This document shows positions 54,290 through 61,801 of a stretch of DNA of 64,000 nt, in pieces (the first letter of the stretch is position 1; each line of letters opens with the position of its first letter). The notes under the pieces are model-generated. The model saw nothing but the letters and a program-made list of their open reading frames with translations, made no database searches and was not told the origin of the DNA. Made by a program: the position numbers and the translations under genes. The DNA is from a virus, in IMG/VR virus record IMGVR_UViG_3300042516_003452, positions 20,493-84,492 of that record; one strand, written 5' to 3'.

Positions 54290-54317
54290 AAAAAATCCCG
54301 GTGTATCATGCCGGGAT
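54290..54317 (-). terminator. Intrinsic terminator directly before the GTG start
   Basis: ATCCCGG-CATGATACA-CCGGGAT-TTTTT then GTG. Confidence 0.7.
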
Positions 54318-54415
54318 CATAGCTTCCTTTCACGCTCTTGTGAGCACCACGTTCGTAACGTGGAGGGGTTTTCGACTATTACCCCTAGAGCGGTATTGCT
54401 CCACGTGTCAGCATA
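54318..54415 (-). ncRNA. Structured leader / riboswitch-like or small RNA candidate
   Basis: CGCTCT/AGAGCG closing stem with AGGGGT/ACCCCT and CCACGTT/AACGTGG arms; GAGCA/TGCTC pseudoknot option. Confidence 0.5.
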
Positions 54416-54619
54416 TCAGGATTTAGTGTCGCGATAGCGTCGGGCAGCACGACCTGCTTTCTTTGCTTTCTCAGTGTTTGGTACGAACTGCTTGCCTTCA
54501 CGACTGGCAGCGCGTTTCTTTTGATCCGTCTCCTGACGTTCTTCTTTTGACAATGAGGCCCAAGCCTTTTCAGGTAGGTAACGCTTGGTATATCCTTTTT
54601 GTATAGCTTTGTCTGCCAT
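54416..54619 (-). CDS. C-terminal half of a DUF5872-like protein
   Basis: KRYLPEKAWASLSKEERQETDQKKR...GKQFVPNT. Confidence 0.6.
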   Translation of the reverse strand: MADKAIQKGYTKRYLPEKAWASLSKEERQETDQKKRAASREGKQFVPNTEKAKKAGRAARRYRDTKS

Positions 54620-54906
54620 TACTTACTCTCTTTATATTTCTTGGCGGCGGCTTTAGCTTTGCCACGTTTTTCATATTCGTCCTTTGTCATCCACTTCTCT
54701 TTGCCCCACTTCTCTAAAGACTTCTGTTTTTCTCCTTTGCCACCTTTATATCCACCACCTGCTTCTTTGTATTCCTGTGCAACCAGCTGAGCTTTACGTG
54801 CGCTCCACTGACCAGGCTTACCGCCCTTGGATCCAGCCATCACGCGATCTTTGATGCGTTCGCGTAACTCTGGTTTTGTATACTTATTCGTCTCCTGAGA
54901 CATCAA
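54619..54906 (-). CDS. DUF5872-like protein (N-terminal half)
   Basis: YTKPELRERIK...GGKPGQWSARKAQL...YKEAGGGY. Confidence 0.65.
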   Translation of the reverse strand: MMSQETNKYTKPELRERIKDRVMAGSKGGKPGQWSARKAQLVAQEYKEAGGGYKGGKGEKQKSLEKWGKEKWMTKDEYEKRGKAKAAAKKYKESK

Positions 54907-55075
54907 GATTATTCTTTTTTTCTTCTATTATTTTAGCCCACTTACATGGACGAGCAGACTTAGCCCAATCCCTTGGTGGATTAGGGATCAGGCGTTCCAG
55001 CTGCCAGAAATATTCCTGCAACCGTTCTTGTTCAGTCGGCTGCCTAAATTTCTTTCCGTCCTGCGGCACTGCCAA
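54884..55075 (-). CDS. Hypothetical protein
   Basis: 63 aa ORF. Confidence 0.45.
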   Translation of the reverse strand: MAVPQDGKKFRQPTEQERLQEYFWQLERLIPNPPRDWAKSARPCKWAKIIEEKKNNLDVSGDE

Positions 55076-55244
55076 ACTTCTCCATAAGTTGATCTACTTC
55101 TTCCAGGGATTCAAGCCTGGAGATAATGTCAGCAAGTACGTTAATGACGATGGGGTGTTCGCCACGGGCAGCGAAGGCAATTGCATCGCGTAAGTTTTCG
55201 GATGCTTCCTGGACAGAAGCTTTGACCTGAGTCGACAGGGACAT
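55044..55244 (-). CDS. Hypothetical protein
   Basis: MSLSTQVKASVQEASENLRDAIAFAARGE. Confidence 0.6.
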   Translation of the reverse strand: MSLSTQVKASVQEASENLRDAIAFAARGEHPIVINVLADIISRLESLEEVDQLMEKFGSAAGRKEI

Positions 55245-55288
55245 TTCAGATTCCTTTGGTGTCCTTACTATAGGGGTAATGATTAACA

Positions 55289-56023
55289 TCAGGGTTTATG
55301 CAGGATTGGTATCTTATACATACCAATTCTGTCATGGCCCCTCTTGGCAAACTCAAGGCAAATGGTAGTGGTATCACAATCCCATTGCTTGGTTTTTGGG
55401 TTGATTTCCGAAAACCTCACCCCTTGCTCAATCGGACCAGCCTTGTAAACACAGAAACAATTAAAGGTCGCCGCTAAAGGAAGGCATTCGGGGAGTTCAG
55501 AAATTTTGGGGCCGAAATACTCAGAGTCTTCTGCGTTAACCCTGGTGGCCCAGCTGTCATAGATCCAGTCCGGTACACCGTGCCCTTGTGGAAGAACGCT
55601 GTAGCCAGAGGCGATATCAAGATCGGAGTAGATGATCTTGCCTACGTCAACGGTGTTGTAAGTAACATCGGGTTCAATGCAGATGATCTTGTCGTAGGTG
55701 CCAAGGTCAGTGGTCTCATCTGCAATGGAGAGAGTCTTATTGCGTGCCTGAGCTAGGTACTTAACTCTTTCTTCTGCTTTGATAGAATGGAAGTAGGGCC
55801 AGTCGTAGTTGCGGATCGCAATTGAGACGCGGTTTAACTTCTTCTTGAGCAGAGGTTCAACTGCGTTCAGTGCTTGTTTGGTTCCATCGTTTGAGTCGTT
55901 CTCCAGGACGACGAGATCAAACACAATGTCCTGGTGTACGTCACACAGACTGAGCAGCTGGTTGGCCCAGGTGGAGACGTGCTTTGCTCGGTTGCGAATG
56001 ATGGTCGAGATCAGGCAGCGCAT
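55289..56023 (-). CDS. Glycosyltransferase (GT-A fold)
   Basis: ENDSNDGT, RVKYLAQARN, IEPD, YDSWA. Confidence 0.75.
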   Translation of the reverse strand: MRCLISTIIRNRAKHVSTWANQLLSLCDVHQDIVFDLVVLENDSNDGTKQALNAVEPLLKKKLNRVSIAIRNYDWPYFHSIKAEERVKYLAQARNKTLSIADETTDLGTYDKIICIEPDVTYNTVDVGKIIYSDLDIASGYSVLPQGHGVPDWIYDSWATRVNAEDSEYFGPKISELPECLPLAATFNCFCVYKAGPIEQGVRFSEINPKTKQWDCDTTTICLEFAKRGHDRIGMYKIPILHKP

Positions 56024-57183
56024 GCGTAAAGCTCCTCGATCAAACGGTTGAGTTGATCTTCAGTGATGAAGTGGTTGTTGCCAATATAGAAGGCATGGGT
56101 GTGGATTTCTTCGCTGTTGGGCAAATACGGACTTTTCTTGTAGTCCTTCATGAAGGGTTGACGGAGCAGGTTGCCGACCAGGAAGGGGCGTGTCTCAACG
56201 CCTACCGAACGGAGATAAGTGATCAAGTAGTTGCGTGTCTCAGCTGAGACGCAATGAAACGGGAAAGTCATGGCGCTGTTCCCCCAGGGGTTGGGGAGGT
56301 GCTTGATCCATGGGTGATCTACCATCTGTAGGTAGAAATGGTAGTAATGGTTTTGACGGATCTTGACAAACTTGTCGAGCTTCCGTAGTTGGACCTGACC
56401 GATCACGGCGCCCAACTCATTATTGCGGAAGTTGTAGCCTTCGGTTGGGAACAGGAATGCCGGATCAATGTCGGGGTAGGCGTTCTCTTCATCCAGGCGG
56501 TACTGCCCATACATCTCACGGGACATGCCGTGGGAACGCTTGGCACGCATTAAGTTATATAGTTCTTCGCTATCGGTACTGACCATGCCACCTTCAATGG
56601 TGGTCATGTGGTGGCCAAAATAAAAGGAGAAGGTAGAGCCCAGGCCTGCATTGCCTACCTTGTCGCCTTCAAAATTGATGGCGCCATGGGACTCACAGCA
56701 GTCCTCCAGAAGGATGGCGTTGGGCCAGTACTCTTTGACCTGCTTCAGCTCATTGGCAAAACCCATAATGTGGGTCACATACACCACGTCTGGTTCAATG
56801 TCCAGTTCCTTGTAACGCTTTAAAGATTCGTAACACGGCGAATAGGATTCATAGTTGATGTCATAGAAGAAGATCTCGTGACCTTGTTGTTTAAACGTTG
56901 AAATGTTGGTAGCCCAGTTCACGGCAGGGCAAAAGATCTTTAGCTTGGCACGCTTACCAAAGTGCAACTCACGCACTGCGTCCAGCAAAAGGGTGTTGGC
57001 TGTGGTGCCACTGCTGACGAACAAGGAGAATTTGCGGCCCTGCCACTGGGACCACTGTTCTTCAAACTCCCGGCACTTCGGACCATTCGTAAAGCGATCG
57101 CTGGTCAAAATGAATTTGGTCAGAGCCAGCTTCTCCTGAAAACCGATGGTGTTTTTCTGAAGAGGCCAATCAAATTGAGCCAT
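56011..57183 (-). CDS. colD: DegT/DnrJ-family PLP enzyme, ColD-like GDP-4-keto-6-deoxymannose 3-dehydratase
   Basis: EDCCESHG; SFYFGHHMTTIEGG has His at the PLP-Lys position; no E1/RfbH-type Cys insert. Confidence 0.7.
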   Translation of the reverse strand: MAQFDWPLQKNTIGFQEKLALTKFILTSDRFTNGPKCREFEEQWSQWQGRKFSLFVSSGTTANTLLLDAVRELHFGKRAKLKIFCPAVNWATNISTFKQQGHEIFFYDINYESYSPCYESLKRYKELDIEPDVVYVTHIMGFANELKQVKEYWPNAILLEDCCESHGAINFEGDKVGNAGLGSTFSFYFGHHMTTIEGGMVSTDSEELYNLMRAKRSHGMSREMYGQYRLDEENAYPDIDPAFLFPTEGYNFRNNELGAVIGQVQLRKLDKFVKIRQNHYYHFYLQMVDHPWIKHLPNPWGNSAMTFPFHCVSAETRNYLITYLRSVGVETRPFLVGNLLRQPFMKDYKKSPYLPNSEEIHTHAFYIGNNHFITEDQLNRLIEELYACAA

Positions 57184-57234
57184 TTCTAACGCTTTACTTC
57201 TTGGTTATAGTTGTGAGTATAAACAAAAGTTGCG

Positions 57235-58272
57235 ATGAAAAAAGCACTAGTCACCGGAATTACAGGCCAAGATGGCGCCTACCTCACCCATAGCCTGATC
57301 AATAAAGGATACGAAGTGCTGGGTTTGATTCGTAACAACGCCAACCCAGGCAGTAAGGACAAGCTCAAGTGGATCTTCCATGGGAACATCCCTTCGTCCG
57401 TAAAGTTTGAGTACTCGGACATGACCGATGCCACGTCAGTGCATCGGGCAGTTGAGTCCTTCGCACCAGATGAGGTCTACAACCTGGCGGCCCAAAGCCA
57501 TGTGGGCGTCAGCTTTAAGTCCCCTGGTAGCACCTCGTATACGAACGCAATTGGGGTGTTGAATATTTTGGAGGCTTGCCGTAATGCCAATGCCAAACCA
57601 AAGTTTTACCAGGCCGCAACCTCTGAGATGTTTGGTAAGGTCCAACAGGTACCGCAGACGGAAGACACTCCCTTCTATCCGCGTAGTCCATATGGTGTTG
57701 CCAAGTTGTTTGGGTATTGGCTGACGATCAACTACCGGGAAAGCTACGACCTCTTCGGTTGTAATGGCATCCTCTTCAACCATGAGTCGCCGTTGCGTGG
57801 AGAGGAGTTCGTCACTCGGAAGATCACCAAGGCCGTTGGTCAGATTTGGAGGGGTCGCCAAGAATTTGTGGAGCTTGGAAACTTGGATGCCAAACGGGAC
57901 TGGGGTCACGCCCGTGACTATGTGGAAGCCATGTATCTGATGCTCCAGCAGGATGAGCCGGATGACTATGTGATCGCAACGGGTCAGCAGACCAGTGTTC
58001 GCACCTTCTGTGAAATGGCTTTTGAAACCGCTGGCCTACCCATCGAATGGGATGGGGAAGGTGTGGATGAGGTTGGGTACTGCCGCAGCTTGGATCAAGT
58101 CGTCATCCGTATCAATCCTGAGTACTACCGTCCTGCAGAAGTTGATTCCCTCCTGGGGGATTCCACCTATGCCCAGGAGAAACTGGGTTGGAAGATGGAA
58201 TCTACCCTGGAAAAACTGGTGGAAGAGATGGTTGCTTACGACGTAGCCAACGCTGTACCTAGTCGCTTCTGA
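57235..58272 (+). CDS. gmd: GDP-mannose 4,6-dehydratase
   Basis: GITGQDGAYL, YNLAAQSHV, SPYGVAK, FNHESPLRG, GNLDAKRDWGHA. Confidence 0.95.
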   Translation: MKKALVTGITGQDGAYLTHSLINKGYEVLGLIRNNANPGSKDKLKWIFHGNIPSSVKFEYSDMTDATSVHRAVESFAPDEVYNLAAQSHVGVSFKSPGSTSYTNAIGVLNILEACRNANAKPKFYQAATSEMFGKVQQVPQTEDTPFYPRSPYGVAKLFGYWLTINYRESYDLFGCNGILFNHESPLRGEEFVTRKITKAVGQIWRGRQEFVELGNLDAKRDWGHARDYVEAMYLMLQQDEPDDYVIATGQQTSVRTFCEMAFETAGLPIEWDGEGVDEVGYCRSLDQVVIRINPEYYRPAEVDSLLGDSTYAQEKLGWKMESTLEKLVEEMVAYDVANAVPSRF

Positions 58273-59081
58273 TGGAACCGAATAACGTCGGGGTGGGGAA
58301 CCACCTCTTCGTTATGGATGACTTCAGCGTGAAGAGAAGGATCTGCAATTACTTCATAGCCATTGCTGCGGACTCCAGCGCAAAACTCCCAGTGTTCAAC
58401 GCCATCAATCACGGCCCACTCCACGCCATCCTCACAGTCCAAAGCCTCAGCTTTCACCATGGCAATTGAGCCAAAAGCACTGTTGCAACTGACGGGTTGG
58501 TTGTTGTCCCAAGCTTCTCTGTCTTCAGGACGCAAGAAAGGATTGGCAGCAAACGTTAAACATTGATCGTCGTCCAGATCTTTGAGGGACCAGCTATCAA
58601 AGTAGGACTTACGCTCGGTATCCTCTACAAAATCACGGACGTTTTGGACCGTGTTTGGGGAGATCATTCCCCAAGACGGATTGGCGTCCAGGCGATCAAT
58701 CATCCCGGTGATCAGTTCAGGATCCCAGTAGACATCACTGTCTGCGACAAGTAAGTAGTCAAAGTTGTAGTAGGTGTTCAGTGGTGCCAGGGCCATGTTG
58801 CGGTAACGGGCCTGGTAACGGACACGATCCAAGGAACTAACGCTGCCCCACTTAGGTGCGTCAATCCGTTCGGACTGAAGGATACCTTTGCGTTTTTTTA
58901 GCCAGGACAGCAGCTTGATTGAGGTCTCATCTTTGGAATCATTCTCAAAGAATGAGTAGATCACACGGATGTCACGCTCTTGCAGTTCCTCCTCCATGGC
59001 CTCAAATTGATTCAAGGAACGGGTTAGGTACCGTTCGCTATCACGCCAGAGGGAAAGGACTGCAAGAATTGGGCCTTTCAT
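58236..59081 (-). CDS. Glycosyltransferase (GT-A fold)
   Basis: ENDSKDET, ARYRN, ADSD (DxD), FDSWS, SAFG, VEHW. Confidence 0.75.
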   Translation of the reverse strand: MKGPILAVLSLWRDSERYLTRSLNQFEAMEEELQERDIRVIYSFFENDSKDETSIKLLSWLKKRKGILQSERIDAPKWGSVSSLDRVRYQARYRNMALAPLNTYYNFDYLLVADSDVYWDPELITGMIDRLDANPSWGMISPNTVQNVRDFVEDTERKSYFDSWSLKDLDDDQCLTFAANPFLRPEDREAWDNNQPVSCNSAFGSIAMVKAEALDCEDGVEWAVIDGVEHWEFCAGVRSNGYEVIADPSLHAEVIHNEEVVPHPDVIRFHQKRLGTALATS

Positions 59082-59236
59082 AAATCAATCCGTGTGTACG
59101 GAATATCCATTTTCTTTAACTTAGCCTCAAATTGATCCGCTTCCACGGTTTCGACATCTTCATAGGCAAGATTATTGAGGCAACCCGTGCGGCATTCCTC
59201 GTCGAAGTCGTAGTAAAAGCGGGTGAGGTTAGTCAT
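59078..59236 (-). CDS. Hypothetical protein (52 aa)
   Basis: Hand translation: MTNLTRFYYDFDEECRTGCLNN...; overlaps or abuts both neighbours. Confidence 0.55.
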   Translation of the reverse strand: MTNLTRFYYDFDEECRTGCLNNLAYEDVETVEADQFEAKLKKMDIPYTRIDL

Positions 59237-59476
59237 TTACATGAAGTCCCATATTGAGTTGCCTGAGACTAATTCTAAGATCAGTACTATAGTTAGCACT
59301 AACATGGCAACGCGACCGTTGACTCGTTCTGCGTACCAGATGTGATCATTCCAGTCGCCATGCGGTTTCCAGAACTTCAGGTCAGGGCATTCCTCCCAAA
59401 TCCACTTGACAATTGCCTGGAAAATCCAACCGAAACAAGAGGCATAGCCTTGGACTCCGTACCAGAATTTGTTCAT
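59237..59476 (-). CDS. hli: High-light-inducible protein
   Basis: AERVNGRVAML (ExxNGRxAM) followed by a TM helix. Confidence 0.85.
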   Translation of the reverse strand: MNKFWYGVQGYASCFGWIFQAIVKWIWEECPDLKFWKPHGDWNDHIWYAERVNGRVAMLVLTIVLILELVSGNSIWDFM

Positions 59477-59577
59477 TGACGGCTCGCTACTTCCATGAAA
59501 AACAAGTATGCGTCCATTGTAATGACGACGAGCATGGCCCCAAGGATGGCTGCGATTGCGTAATTAAAGTCGTCCAT
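59473..59577 (-). CDS. Single-TM peptide (34 aa)
   Basis: Hand translation: MDDFNYAIAAILGAMLVVITMDAYLFFMEVASRQ; ATGA-coupled to hli. Confidence 0.5.
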   Translation of the reverse strand: MDDFNYAIAAILGAMLVVITMDAYLFFMEVASRQ

Positions 59578-59628
59578 TCGGTCGCCTTGACATATGTGTT
59601 AAGTTAACAGCAATATACAAAACCATCA

Positions 59629-60483
59629 ATGGTTGCTAAAGTAGAAACTAACGATCCTTGGATTAAGGCCAAGGACGAGCAACCGGAAATGATGCGGGAC
59701 CTGAACAGGACCGCAGCCAGGATTACACTTAACGGAAAGCGTCATTACACAACTCCGTTACCTACTGGACCTGCACCGTCCGTAACTACGATCATCAGCG
59801 AGACAGCTTCCGAAGCAAACAAACGGAAGCTTGAAATGTGGTCGAAAAATAATCCGGGTGTTAAAGAAGCTGCTGCTGAACGCGGGACGGCGATCCACTA
59901 TGGAATGGAATGCTACCTCAAGGGGAATAAAACTCCGGAGATTCCTGAAGAATATGCCGATTTTTGGTCGGGTATGCCACCGATATTGGACCAGTTCCAG
60001 GAGGTCCTTTGGGCGGAATCACCGGTACTTGACAAGTTTGATTTCACTATCGGCGCTGATGACGTTGCTCGTGTGTGGGGTTGCGATGAAGAAGGACGTG
60101 CCTGGGCTGGTGCTCCTGACATCATTGCTGTGGCTAACAACAAGCTTACTCTTGCTGACTTAAAGACCAGCGTCAAACCTTACAGCCGTAAGTGGCCAAA
60201 AGATTTAGAGAAAGGTTCCCAGGAATGGAGGGACCTGCTGGGGGGTCACATGAAATTTAAGAAGACCTGTAAACAGTTAGCCGCCTACGACATTGCAATC
60301 GAGCAAACACTCGGCATGCGGGTTCAGCAGGCAGCCATCCTGGTATCGACTCCTGTGCGTACGCAAGTTTTTAAGATCTCCCGCAACTTCCTCAACTCAT
60401 TGCGAGAAGATTGGTACAAGATCGTAGACGAATATTACAAACAGATTGAAAACTGCAACGTCTACGATCCTGATTTGATTTAG
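59629..60483 (+). CDS. PD-(D/E)XK exonuclease
   Basis: PSVTTII, RGTAIH, AGAPD...ADLKTS, QLAAY. Confidence 0.85.
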   Translation: MVAKVETNDPWIKAKDEQPEMMRDLNRTAARITLNGKRHYTTPLPTGPAPSVTTIISETASEANKRKLEMWSKNNPGVKEAAAERGTAIHYGMECYLKGNKTPEIPEEYADFWSGMPPILDQFQEVLWAESPVLDKFDFTIGADDVARVWGCDEEGRAWAGAPDIIAVANNKLTLADLKTSVKPYSRKWPKDLEKGSQEWRDLLGGHMKFKKTCKQLAAYDIAIEQTLGMRVQQAAILVSTPVRTQVFKISRNFLNSLREDWYKIVDEYYKQIENCNVYDPDLI

Positions 60484-60902
60484 AAGTAACGAATAGGGCG
60501 AGTTCCAGCCAGTGGGAAGTTGGGGCCACTGATGGGGAAATTAGGTCCGCTGATGGGAAAATTTGGACCTCGTACTCCAATACCAGTTGAAGAACCAATG
60601 CCAATCCCAGTAGAACGACCAATACCAATTCCGGTGGAACTGCCGATACCAATGCCGTTGTTTGTGGGAGAAGGTTGTGGTGTAGTTGTTCCCGCAGTAG
60701 GAGTAGTGCGAGTAGTAGGAGTAGTAGGAGTAGTAGGAGTAGTGCGAGTAGTAGGAGTAGTAGGAGTAGTAGGCGTTGTTCTTGTGGTGGGTGTTGCTGC
60801 TTTTGCTGTTTTTGCTGTTTTTGTATAAGCAGAACGTGCTGCAGATTCACCAGACTTTGCAGGTTTTGCAGACTTTGCAGAGGCTTGTTTTTTAGCTTTC
60901 AT
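60480..60902 (-). CDS. Low-complexity tandem-repeat protein
   Basis: Basic N-terminus, (TTP/TTR)n, (GIGIGSST)-like x3-4, (GPNFPIS)-like x3. Confidence 0.6.
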   Translation of the reverse strand: MKAKKQASAKSAKPAKSGESAARSAYTKTAKTAKAATPTTRTTPTTPTTPTTRTTPTTPTTPTTRTTPTAGTTTPQPSPTNNGIGIGSSTGIGIGRSTGIGIGSSTGIGVRGPNFPISGPNFPISGPNFPLAGTRPIRYF

Positions 60903-60932
60903 TGTTTTATCCGATAGTTAAAGGGGAATGAC

Positions 60933-61085
60933 TCACATCATTGCGTTAGCAATGTTGGATGCACCTTGGTCACGGGCTTCGTTAAAACGCTCAGCACGTT
61001 CGTCATTCTTCTCGGCTTGACCAGATTTTTGTGCCTTGAGGTTTTCCAGGAGCTGGCCGAAACGTGAAAGGTCTCCGTCTTGCAT
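60933..61085 (-). CDS. Small protein (50 aa), paralog of 17010-17174
   Basis: Hand translation: MQDGDLSRFGQLLENLKAQKSGQAEKNDERAERFNEARDQGASNIANAMM. Confidence 0.65.
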   Translation of the reverse strand: MQDGDLSRFGQLLENLKAQKSGQAEKNDERAERFNEARDQGASNIANAMM

Positions 61086-61118
61086 GGCTATAGTTAGTTC
61101 TAAAGACATTATAACAAG

Positions 61119-61403
61119 ATGATTCGTACCTTATTTAAAGACATTATTGATGCCGTAATTAAATGGTGGAAGAAGATTTGGTTTGAGGCAAAACTCAAGG
61201 CCAGGCTTGATATGATTGAACTTGAAAATCGGATTGAATCAGAGTTAGAACGGGAAGAACAAAACAAACAGATCTACATTGAACATCCGATTGACCCCGA
61301 GCTTCAGACTGGTGAGTCCCAGAAGCTGGGTGGGGCAATGGAACTGAGGGCACCTTGGTACACTGATGGCTTGGAATCCACACGGGAAGATGGAAAGTCG
61401 TAA
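61119..61403 (+). CDS. Hypothetical protein
   Basis: 94 aa ORF. Confidence 0.55.
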   Translation: MIRTLFKDIIDAVIKWWKKIWFEAKLKARLDMIELENRIESELEREEQNKQIYIEHPIDPELQTGESQKLGGAMELRAPWYTDGLESTREDGKS

Positions 61404-61542
61404 ACGGCACGCATGGCAAGTTGCGTGCGAGACGGCAGTTGTGACAAAGGAAGATGCATTGATGGTGTATGAGAGATTAATGAAACAATTCGAAAAACTG
61501 GATTCTGTACAAACTGATACTGAGTCCAGTAAGTCTTGTTGA
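61390..61542 (+). CDS. Hypothetical protein (50 aa)
   Basis: Hand translation: MESRKRHAWQVACETAVV... Confidence 0.45.
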   Translation: MESRKRHAWQVACETAVVTKEDALMVYERLMKQFEKLDSVQTDTESSKSC

Positions 61543-61615
61543 TCTACAGAAAAATGTAATGGCTCGATTGGATTGGTCGCCGTAGGATAAAGAGACACAC
61601 AACCCGGCCCTCCCC

Positions 61616-61801
61616 ATGGACTACACCGTCGGCGTGGGTGAGTGGATGAATAGTCTCATGAGTCGCATGTTACATGCGGCAGACGGGGACTGTTTTTATC
61701 TGCCCACCCAAATGCATTTGCATGCCTACATACTTTTGAAGGAAGGCTCTTTTGCTGATCGAAACTTTAAAGTAGAAGTCAAGGAACAAGAAACAGCATG
61801 A
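61616..61801 (+). CDS. Hypothetical protein
   Basis: 61 aa, ATGA-coupled to the primase. Confidence 0.55.
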   Translation: MDYTVGVGEWMNSLMSRMLHAADGDCFYLPTQMHLHAYILLKEGSFADRNFKVEVKEQETA

